Of a stretch of DNA of 64,000 nucleotides, positions 52,922 through 64,000 are shown in pieces. A model generated the notes under the pieces. That model saw only the letters and a list, made by a program, of their open reading frames with translations, had not been told where the DNA came from and ran no database searches. The DNA is from Dimorphilus gyrociliatus (lineage: Eukaryota; Animalia; Annelida), in contig CAJFCJ010000002.1 of assembly GCA_904063045.1 (NCBI GenBank), forward strand, positions 1,262,422-1,326,421, given 5' to 3'. The position numbers and the translations under genes were made by a program. Positions within the stretch are counted from its first letter, which is position 1. Each line of letters opens with the position of its first letter.

Positions 52922-55900
52922 TTAAATATGATTCGTATAACCTTGAACTTCCAATTGATTTTTAAATTGAGAGGTACTCCTTGGTAGACGTCCTGCGTAA
53001 TAGTAGTCAGACGGATTTCTTGAATGACCGTTCAATCGTCTATCTATTTTCTTTACTGGCTTTTGAGTATTTGTAGATATATCTTTATGCTCATACGGTT
53101 CTGGACCAATCCAACAAAGTACAATTGGTAGTAGGCATAAACCGTGAAAGAGTCCAAAGATAACAACACCTAGAAAGACCTTAAAAAACGTTTTAAATAC
53201 ATAAGATTTTGACGCCGCTAATAGGATAAAAGCGAGAAAAGTGCTAAAGCCTCCATAGAAGACTGCCGCTCCAATTGTACTTATTGTTTTTCGCACTCGT
53301 TCTAAAAATATCACATACTATTGTAAAGTTTTCGCTTTTTAAAGGAATAAACTATAAAATTCCAAATTGCCTCTTACCTTTTCGCGTTCCTTTAGAGATG
53401 AGAAAAGTATGGGCAATATGAACAGCATAATCTACCGATAGCCCTATTGATATTATTAATTGAATTGTTGTTACTGTATCAATAGTTAAATCCCAGAAAT
53501 ACATCATTCCAGCTAAATCAACCAACGTCATAATTACGCAGCATGAAACAAACAGCGAAGTCGTAAAGTTAGCCAATAAAAACAACGTTATCAAGTATAC
53601 CGCTAGAAAAGCTAACCCTATATTCCGTAATAATTCATCTTTAATAACCTTATCGGTATCGATATTTGTATAGCCTTCAGCAAACGGAAAGGAGAGCTCG
53701 GGTGGAATATTATTAGCCGCAGCAATAGACCTTAAATCTGCTAGAGCATCTATTCTTTTACTACTTGTATCTAGCCAAGTGTTTTGATATGGAATCTTTG
53801 TAGCTGTTAAATTATCACCGTTAAATACCAAATTGAAAGAATTTTCAGGTTGGTCTTTTATAAAATTTGCTATCAAAAATATAAAGTCACTTTCGGTTTT
53901 AGGTAGATTTTCATTATCTAATTTAGCTTTTATTGCGGCGTCGCTAGAGCTGTTTAAAAAAGAACGAAAGCTACGAGCCCAACAATCTAATGTTCCTTCT
54001 TTTACCCAATAGTGATTAGATACTTTATCGCATATACCTTCTAGAGATGTTAAATGAGTGTGAAAGTTTATATCTCCTACATACAATGCGGCAGGTTGTT
54101 GAGAACTTCCGCCAAAATGTCTTTCATCAGCCTTAATATATTCTGTAGCGTAAGAATCTGATGGAAAGAACCATCTCGGATCAAAATCTTGCTTTAAGCT
54201 TGTTGTTCCGTACGCCATAACCGCTAAACAACCAACAGCCATTATGACAATATTTAGTTGAGCAGGCAAGAAGGTAATAAATCTTGAGTAGTAATTTTCG
54301 AAAAATGCATGAATGAAATTCTTATTTGAGCAATCCATTGGTCTCCAATGGCTATGGATATGCATTGGAATGCAAGCGTTCTTCCTGTGAACATTTTCGC
54401 GCTTTAGGTGAGTAACTTCCGCTTGACTATTCCATAATGATCTACAAATGGGCATACCACTCCTTCTCGCTTCGTCCAACGCCATAAACGGAGTAAAAAA
54501 TATAAGTTGAAAAATAAAAAGTCCTAAAATACCAACAGCAGCGAAAACACAAAAAGATCTCAGGGCTGGCAGAATCTAAAAATAAATCGTAATGAGATCA
54601 AATGGTATTATTAGAATTGGAGAAATTGTAAATTACTGTTGACGATCCAACTGCAAAGGCAAGAACGTCCGTCAGCGAAGTAATTGTTATAGATACACCT
54701 GCGTGTTTTAACGCCAAACCAATTTTTTCATGTAACGGTAAACGTAATTGATCTCCCTTTAAGTTATCTAATGCTTGAACGATTATAAATATATCATCAA
54801 CCCCAATACCCAGAAATAGAAAAGGTAAAACATTATGTAGGCCTGTAAAATACCAATCGCCATAAGAACAAAGACCAAAACTCCATAGAATTGATAATCC
54901 TATGGTAATGATTCCCACTACACTTAACCAAACCCTATGTTGAACGCAATTTCTCTTTCCAAGAACAAATATGACAAAAGCAATGAGCAATATATATCCT
55001 CCGGCTAGTATACCTAAATCCTTTAGAATAGTACCACTTCCTTCATCTAAAAATCTAATGAAAAAAGAGGAGGTGATTAGCGACAAAAATAACATATAGA
55101 AAAGAAGTTTACGTTCTCATACTGTAATAGAATAGTGTTAAATTCTTGGAACTGTAATCTTTGGATAAATCTATAAATTTCTCTTCCCACGCAAGAGCAT
55201 TTTCATCAATCTAAAAATAAGGAGTAACGAATTGCATTAACTTTTCGAGAAATAGAAGAAAGACAAAAAAACAACCTTGCGTCCATTCTGAACGTCAGTT
55301 TCCGTAAAATTTAACGTATAGGATGTTTTTGCAGCTGTTGCTGAAGTAATTTCACCAGTTGTCTTATTTCTAATTATACCACCCAGAATTCTAGATAATT
55401 TTATTTCTCTTTTCTGATAAGGACTTATCAATACTTTCTTATTGATAATCTCTAAAATATTTTCATTAGTTAACTCAGCTATTACGGTTCGATTAAATTC
55501 CCATAATTCATTAAGACTGGTTATTGCACAATTTCCATTAACTCGCTTACATACGCTATTCCAGTCGAAATTTCCTCTTTCTGTGCCAGAAATCGATTTC
55601 ACTCTTTCTTCGAAATCATAAATTTCTAATAGGACCGAGGGTTTCAGAACATTGTCGGATTCGAATATGTTAAATTGAATTCTATCTCTTGATCCGGAAG
55701 GAAACCAAGATCTGGCTTGAGCTTTATTCTTTACAGCCTATTTAAATGAATCAGATACGAGATAATAGGTGCGAAAAGTTTAAAATGGAAGAAAAAGCCT
55801 TCTTACAATAGAGTCACTAGGTACCCAGATATTTTCAACTTCTTCCCTAAATTTCGTTAATCCTCCAATACAAATTACGGATAGAACAATAGAGAAAAGG

Positions 55901-56193
55901 ATGAAGAAGAGAGGATATGTCCCAATATATATCCCAAATCTATGGTTGTAATTGATTTGTTTTTTTTTGTATCATAAAAAATAGGTTAGAACGTAATAAT
56001 TCTTAATTTATTACCTATAGAAGAACGTCTCAAGAAAACCTGATATCCTAGTAGAAATATAAACTAAAGGATTCGTTTTTCGAGAGCATTCGTTGTTTTC
56101 ATTTTCTTTCTCCATAGTATTATTGTTTTGTCCTTTAAAATATTTATCATTATAACTATAGTCCTGACGGTTGTACTGTCCGTAAGAAGTCAT
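52922..56193 (-). CDS. Patched/NPC1-family sterol-sensing-domain transporter (PTCHD3-like)
   Basis: SSD with LPFLFLGIGVDDIFII; second repeat IGLSVDYAVHIAHTF; YGGFSTFLAF; GLFHGLCLLP. Confidence 0.88.
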
Positions 56194-56521
56194 ATTTTGC
56201 TTCCTAAAACAACCCTTATGACAACAAGTTCAACTATACTTATATTTTATTGTAACTTATAATATAAAATATTTTTTTTAATACGAATCTTATTCATGTT
56301 CAGTCAAGTGTCAAAAATTGGTATATAGGCCTAATTGGTTTAAATTATTCAATAACGAAATAGGTATGGTTTAATATATTATTTTATTACAATATATCGT
56401 TAATGCCTGGTAATAGTGCATTCACATTCAATATATATATATATATTATATATATATTGTATATATATATCCCATTTTCCGTTTATACGTCAACTAGTCA
56501 TGAAAAAACTTTTTATTAAGT

Positions 56522-59500
56522 CTATTTTTTCGATTTTAGAGCAGATTTTCTCGGTAAAGCCTTAGTTGTGTCTGTTTGTGAGGCTGCAATAGGAATTAGA
56601 TAGTTTTATTTACATTTAAACATATAAAAAGGTGTATATATACATTATATATATACTATATATACAGTATAGTATATACATCTTTACTTACATGATTCAA
56701 TCTTCTCTCCTTTTCTTACCGAAGATTTTGGTCGAGAGGTTGTAGGCCTACTGTTTCTGATACATTTGCTGTTTTTTTTTAATGAATAAAATATATTATT
56801 ATTACTATGATTAGTAATAGTTAATGATGTAATTATTCTTACTTTGATTCATCATTTTCGTCAAGAATAGTGACTATTTTGGAAGAAAAACAAATAATTA
56901 ATTATACTGTATATAGCTAGCTTTTGTTTGTTTCTATTTACCATCAACGACTGAGGATGAAAATGTTGACGCATCAACCTCATTAAGTAATTCTTCTCTG
57001 TGCAATGCATTCATATATTGGCCGTACGACCAAGACAAATGAGAAGGTACTTTGGACGAATCACCACCTTCGGCGAATGGATCAAAGTTTTCGTCTTCCA
57101 CTTCGGCTTTTCTCTTCTCAGCCGATTCGACTTCTCTTTGCTGTTCTAACTTTCTCTCTTTCTCCCTTTGCTGTTGTCGGAATTTTCTCCTATGACGCTC
57201 AATTGTTGGTATAATCTTATCCTCGGAGAGTTTTTGGCGATATTTACAAAAAGGTTCCCAATATTCAAAAAGAACTGTGCGTTAAATACCTTTTTTTAAG
57301 AATGATCTAATAAGATGAATTTGATTGAAAACGTACCTCGAAAGACGGTTAATTGAGCTTCTCTAAACAAATAAGGTCCCGCCTCATTCTTTTTATTCAA
57401 AATACGATCAGCCATCTCTTGGGGAACATCAATCTAAATTTTCAAATTATTCGTTTAGAATCTCATTTGAATGAATAGCAAGTTAATTTTCCTAATAATT
57501 AACCTGTAAAGAAGGCGGTATAGCAGAATCAATGAAACAATTAAGTATAGATGTTATCTTTGCTATTATCACATTCCTATCGCAATGATTATGGCATACT
57601 TCTTTGTATCGTTGCACCTCTTGCCAAAAGAGAACATCATTTTCCAAGTTGTCACCTTGTAAAGAGACAAACTTTCGAAATTGCAAAGAAGTTATAGGGT
57701 TTAATAAGGCTTTTCTAAAATGGAAGAAAAAAACATAGTAGAAGCAATGATAATGAGAAAAATACAAATTCTTTGAACCTGAAGACCAGAACGTCTTTGC
57801 TTGAAGAAATCCATTTGCTATCCAACATCTAAACGAAATTGATTACACGTAATTTATTTGGAAAGTTGTTTTTTTTTCTTTAACTAGTCATTTACCTTAT
57901 GGAGGGCGTTAACTTTTCTTCTTCTTTGAATGCCAAAATCTTCCGCTGCATCACTCATCCTGGTGGGAGGTCTTTGACGTTGACCAAAATCGTCTGTAGC
58001 AAGGAATAAAGGTAACCACTTTTTGATTAATCTCGTTTCTACTATTTTTTGGACATCAAGGAGTAATTGAGTCGGTGGTCTTTCGGAGAGTAACTTTCCC
58101 CAACCACCGACAGATTCCATTAATCGGTTTTGAGTATCCTTTCCAGCTGGTGAATTGACACCGAAGAAATATTTTTTATTAAGATATTTTACTCTAATCT
58201 CCTTTGCTTTTTCGTCTCTTTTCTTTTCTTCCGTATGCGGTAGACGTTTAAATGTTTCGATATCCATCCAGCACATCAGATCCATACTTGCGTAATTATC
58301 GGCAAGAAATTTCCTAAAGTATTCCAATTCAATCCGATTATGAATTAGTTTTTCGAATGAATAATCACGAAACTCCTCCGGTATTTTTTCTAAAAGCGTC
58401 TCATCATATACAGGATCAGCGTAATCGTCCATCGATATATCATCATCCTCCGGAATATCTTTTATTACACCCCGTCTTTGTAAGGCGATTAAATGTTTCG
58501 ATTTTGTGTCTAAACGTCTTGTTACCTCGATTAGTTGAACCTTCTCGAATGTTGCACAATCGTCTAATAGCATTCTAGTCCATGCGTCGAATAGAGCGTC
58601 TAAGGCCACTTCCTCTGCCCCGGCAAAGAGATCGTCGAACGGCGGATTTAGTCTCCTCTCAATATCCCTTTGCAATTGCCTACAGGCGTTTATCGACATG
58701 GGAGAACCCTCGACGATGTATTTAGCAAATAAGGCATTGGCGTGTCGTTTCAACTCGAATAAATTTAAGGTGGGGTCATCAAACATTGTTACGTAATCAA
58801 ATGATTCTTGCCAAAAGGCTAGACAATTAGACCATAGGGGATTTCCACTTTTCTCAATGAATCTTCCAAAAACACCTCCGGATCGTCTTTCGTTAACCAA
58901 CGCATTCAAAAGCCCTTGCATCCTTCGACCTCCTAACCAATCGGACTCTTCACTAAAAGCGCTCGATTTGTTAGATGCACATGATGAGGGCCTATAAGTA
59001 CTCGGTGATGATATAGCGGAGTCATTGGAACTCGTGCTTGACGTTTCATCATCGTCCTTTCTCCTTTTATTCAATTCGATCTGGTTTTCTCTTTTAATCT
59101 GTTTTTCAAATTCCTCTCTTTCTCTTCTTTCCATCCTAATTTTGGCCTCTATAAGTTGTTTTGGAGTTTTGTTATTGGCGGCCCCTCGTTGGGTAGGCCG
59201 GGCTGTTCCGGGTCTTGCTGTCGTAGGTCTACTAGCGGCTGGCCTTAAAGGTGGCATAGGCTGTCTTGCAGATTTTGGTCTTGTCAGTTCAATTACTTTT
59301 TCGGTCTCAACTGTCTTCTCTTCAGGGGCGAATGCGTCTGATATTTGGAGAGTTCTTTGCGGAACGGATGCCGATCGTCTAGGGAGTAGTGGGGGAGCCT
59401 TTGGAGTTGGTATAAATTCAGTTTTCGTTCTCGACTGATTGTACTCTAATAATTTGTTTAACAAAGAGCTTTCTCTTTCTAGCTTTTGATTTTCTTGTAA

Positions 59501-61355
59501 GAGAAATCTAGGGGCCCAGTATGTTAGTAATGGGATAACAACAAGATGTTGACATTCTAATAGGTGATCTTTGTTCCAGGAAAATGGCTGATGTAGGGTC
59601 AATTGTGTCAGCAGTTGTTCTGATAATCTGTAGGCCGCATTCTGGGCGTGATAGCGTTCTCTCATAGCTGATATGTAATTTGTCAAATGCTCCTCCGGAA
59701 CAAAGGGTAATCTATCAATATCATGCCACAAAAGCCAGTTTTTCTCACCAGCGGTGGAAGTAAGGAAATTTGCAAAAGCTCTGATTCCATTCAATTTATC
59801 TAGTGAATATGGCTTTGGCTTCCTTTTGAAAAGAGTATCGCTTTCTTCTTCATCCGATTCTAAAGCTGAATCTTTGTCATCGCCATCATCTATTTCTTCA
59901 ACTTTTTTGTCTTTGTTTTCATTCTCTCTCATTTCTGCCGCTTCCTTTTCTATTAAATCTTGCATTGCCGGTTTTTTAATACAATACACAGCACTATCTA
60001 TTGCGTTACTATCGTAATCGCAATATTTATCATTAGGATATAATTTTCTAATATTTTCATGCTTTGCAACTTGTTCTGGTTCAATGCCTAAGACATCTGC
60101 AAAAGCTTGTTTAATCGCTGTGGCAACGACAACAGCCCCAACGTCGTCCACAGATGAAAATATCAGCGGACCACTTTCTTCTTCAGCATCTTCAGTAGAG
60201 TCTGTTTCATCGGCGAATCGGACACCTGCGGATTTTGGCTGAATATAAACAACACTGCTCTTGTTTTGTAAACAAACAGGTTCTCGAGAAACATCCGGCG
60301 TTGTGACACAAATAGGATCGCTAGGTCTAGGTATAACAGGTTTTGCCGTATGTGCTCTTGAGCCTATTCCACTATCAACTGCAGACAGTGGTCTATTATC
60401 CGATTGTACGGTTTCGGTTTGAGCAACTTGAGCTTGAGCTACCCAGAGTTCAGTCTGAGTCGTTGAAGATTCTCCCAGGCTAACATAAAGGTCTTTTAAT
60501 AGACTCTGTTTAGCTCTTTCTTCCTCATCAACCTGATTAATTTCTGTATCATTAATCGGAATTGGAGATGATTCAGGAGAAGGTGGCCGAGGACGACGTT
60601 CAATTTTATAATTTAAAAACTCTTCGTTTCGTTGACCGTCAGAGAATTCTACTTGAGACAGAAGTTTAGCTAAACGGTACTCAACATAAGTGTCTGACTC
60701 GAGAAAGGCAGGTAAACGTTCGGCTTTAATCCATTCAATTCCTTGCTCTTTATTCAGTGTCTGAAAAGTTAAAAATAGAAAAAATGCATTTTATAATCCA
60801 ACATATGCGCCCTTAATTAATAAAACATTTTCCTTCTTTTCTCTCTTTCTCTCTTTCTCTCTTTCATTCATTTACTCACTTTAACGCTAAATGTAGTATC
60901 GATTTCTATTCTTCCATCATCTTTCGGCTCTTCCATGAGTAATTTTGGAAGGGGTTTGAAAGAATGATGGCGTACTGGATAAAATATTCTGCTCTTCTTC
61001 ATTCCCGATCGAATGGCGGCCTTGATACGTTTTGCAATCTCCTTCTTCTCCGTAGAGACTATCTCGAAGCCTCCAGTATCCCGATTGAAACATAACGGTT
61101 CTGGAAAAGTGGGTAACTGGAGAAATTCGTTGAAATATTCCACAAAAAGGGGATCAGTCACTAACAAATCCTCCTGTAAAAAAAAGAAATTAATTAGCGC
61201 TACTTTGTGTTGGAATATTATGATCTTCGCCTTTTATAAAAGAAATATTTGCTTGTTTTTTTGTTATTAAAATTATTATATACAAAAAATAAAGAGAAAA
61301 AGGTCTTCCATACAAATCTCACTCCTACTCCTTTAAATTCTATTAAATCAGTCAT
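56522..61355 (-). CDS. RGS22: Regulator of G-protein signaling 22-like; first and last exons tentative
   Basis: EDLLVTDPLFVEYFNEFLQLPTFPEPLCFN, EQGIEWIKAERLPAFLESD, and several RGS-like domains (FWQESFDY, DLMCWMDIETF, DVLFWQEVQRYK). One exon spans ~60760-57897. Confidence 0.85.
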
Positions 61356-63232
61356 CAAGACTTCAATTGTTATTAATTATTTTACGTTGATAATCTCAAT
61401 TTCCTTTAAATACAGCAACGAATAGTATAAACGTGAATTTGATAGACAAGTAAACTATCGTTGCTATTTGAACACGCAGGCTGTTGGCTAGCGCTTAAGC
61501 GAACTTCTGATAAATCTTATTTAAAAAAAAAATCTATTAGGCCTAAATTAAGAAGTAATTAAAAAAGTAAAGGTATTCTTCAATTTCGTTATCGACCACT
61601 TGTAGTATTTAATAATAATAAAAAAAAACGTAACACAAAGATATAAGAAAAAAAAGGAAACAAAAATGCAGGACGTATAATAGATAAAATTCCTCTCTTA
61701 TTTTTCTCTCTCTTTTTCATTTTATTATCTCCAAGATGTCTTATGAAGGCCTAGATCCATATGTATTATAATAAACTTATAATTAAGAAAGTTATTTAAA
61801 GATTGAGTGTGAGTTGTAGTGTAGGAAGGAAAGAAGGAAAGAGAGAAGAATGAGTATAGAAAGAGAGCGACAGAGAGAGAGAGAGAAAGGAAAAAGGTGT
61901 ATATATATATATATATATATATGAGTGTGAATATGAGAGAGAGAGGACAGTTATAAATATTGACAAAAGTAAATTTAGAGTAAACTTACGAAATTGTTCT
62001 TTTGAACGTCAAGTGAATCTGAAAAAATTGTAGGTTAAATATTGGTTTTGATAAAAAAAAAACACACGAACAAACACTTACCGACATACACAATTTTATT
62101 CGCCATTTCAGAAATATAAAACCTGTTTCATAGCCATTACCAACGCCAACCGATAGGTTAATCGATCGTCAATCAATCACTGCAGGGAAAAGAGAAGGTT
62201 ACAAACGGGTCAGAAATGATTATCCCGCCAAAATAGTCAGTCGTCATGGTAAAAATCTAACCTTGTCCGAGTCTATTGCTATCTGTTGAAATTAATTTAT
62301 TAAATAGATAAGGCGATTATATATCGTATTAATAATAAATGCATGAAGGATAGAGGATTAACGATATATCGCCATTTTGAATCTGCTTGGCGACAACGTA
62401 TCTTTGGTAATAAAGTTAACGTTCAATAAAAAAAAATCGAGGAGTGTATAGTAAGGTTTCTTTTGGGAATATTGTTGTTAAAAGCTAATTAAGGCGGTTA
62501 CAAAATTAATTGCCCTTTGTTCTGTCTTTTCAAATCCAATTACGAACCGCAAGACGCACCAAATCAAAGAGAAGACCTATTACATAATCTTTTTAACACT
62601 GTTCTTTGAAGGAACCGCTGTCAAAATGACGAAACGCCCCTTACATAGATCTATATCTAGTTTTCAATAATTCATACAAACTATGTTTGTATTAGCCCAC
62701 ATAAAGTACTACAAACGAGTTTAATCACGTTTTATTCCTAAGTTTTAATGATTTTTTTTAATCTTGTTTATGTTCTTTTTAATATCGATAGTTATTGTTC
62801 TCTAAATAGGTCGACTTTCGTTATCTATCTTTATCCCTTGAAAAAAATCTAATATTTTCTTTTTTGTTATAAGAAAAAGAAAGAAAGGAAAAACAAACAC
62901 TCAATGACGAAAGTAGGGAGGAGCAAAGCTTTGAAAGTTTCCCCACTGAGCTATTCATTCAACGAATGAGTTTTTGGGGGCTGGCTAACGTTAAGTGCTT
63001 TCGAAACGAACGTACTGAACATTTTCACCGATTTTCTGCGCACTCGCCTCTGACCTTTCACTGTTACATGTAACACTCAATTCACTGATACTTTCGGTTG
63101 GCAGGCCCGTCAAGCGATTTCAACGCAAGCCGAGCTGCTTCATATTTAAACGTATCAGCCACAATCGGTCACCAGTCACATACCTGACGTTCTCTCATAC
63201 GCATCTATCTCACGAGGAAAATAAGATTAATT

Positions 63233-63817
63233 ATGGATGTAAATTCGACTCTGTTAAGACTTCATAAGAGATTACAAGAAAAGAGGATGAGAAGAAGATT
63301 GAAGAGATGTAAAGATTCTCCGATGTCTGATATATTCAGATCTCCAATCACGCCTCCTTCTTGCGTGAAACTTCCTCCTCATGAACTGTCTGCCTATCTC
63401 TCTGATTCTCAATATTCTATAACACCTGAGCCATCTCCAAAGACTCCTAAGTCTATTGGAATTCGACGTACCTATACAGTCTCATCGGAAGTTGGTCCTA
63501 TACCTTTTAAAGCATTCGAAGATGAGAAAAAGCCTGGTAGCAACTCGTTCTTAGCCTTATTCCGCCATAAAATGAGAAGTCGCCGAAATCCATCAGGAAG
63601 CGATGTTAGCTTCAGTACAACTAGGACTTCTACAACGACAACAGTCCTGGACAACTCATCAGTATTAGGTGACTTTAAAAATGATAAAGAAAAGAAAAAA
63701 GGCATATTAAGAAAGCTTCGAAGAGTAGGTCGACAATTACGCAAAGCGTCTTCCACAAGGCATTCGACGCCTAAAAAATCTAACGAAGAAAATGTTGTAT
63801 ACCTTGGAGTAGTTTAG
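63233..63817 (+). CDS. Orphan single-exon basic, Ser/Thr/Pro-rich protein (194 aa)
   Basis: ATG-started 585-nt ORF with higher GC than its flanks. No recognisable domain. Confidence 0.55.
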   Translation: MDVNSTLLRLHKRLQEKRMRRRLKRCKDSPMSDIFRSPITPPSCVKLPPHELSAYLSDSQYSITPEPSPKTPKSIGIRRTYTVSSEVGPIPFKAFEDEKKPGSNSFLALFRHKMRSRRNPSGSDVSFSTTRTSTTTTVLDNSSVLGDFKNDKEKKKGILRKLRRVGRQLRKASSTRHSTPKKSNEENVVYLGVV

Positions 63818-64000
63818 TAAGATTGTTAATTTTTTTATACTTTTTTTATTGTTTGTTAATTGCTTTTTACTGCCAATGAAATTTGTTTTTTTTTCAAGTG
63901 AATAAAAAGTTGTTATCTATATACTATAGATGGCGTTTTATATCAAATATATGTCTCCATCTGATGGAAGGAGTTTTAGATCTCGCTACTCATTTACATT

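Overview
AT-rich, gene-dense eukaryotic DNA with mostly ~50-80 nt spliceosomal introns and many (TA)n runs. It comes from an invertebrate with a compact genome. The tiny introns plus a Myc box II DCMW->DCMF change suggest the annelid Dimorphilus gyrociliatus or a relative (inference, not checked by search). Gene order: 3' end of an unidentified acidic ORF; CMPK2(-) and viperin/RSAD2(+) head-to-head, start codons 194 nt apart with a GAS site and ISRE-like motifs between them; a small BORCS6-like gene; ELAV/Hu(-) head-to-head with AGBL4/CCP6(+); four tRNA-Glu(TTC) genes plus one pseudogene; ISOC1; E75/Rev-erb; Myc; a stathmin-domain gene; a two-domain receptor-type PTP; a neuropeptide-type GPCR; HYPK; a divergent ELMO; a large coiled-coil gene; a patched-domain gene; RGS22; an orphan ORF. 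The most interesting observations: (1) a ddhNTP antiviral module with an interferon-like bidirectional promoter and an altered viperin substrate loop; (2) probable ELAV N-terminal exons, including a 21-nt microexon, hidden antisense in the one large AGBL4 intron; (3) an intron-containing tRNA-Glu(UUC) with correct splicing geometry; (4) an RPTP with no visible ectodomain and both phosphatase domains degenerate. All exon models were read by hand and no database search was run. No CRISPR array, rRNA or intact transposon was seen.
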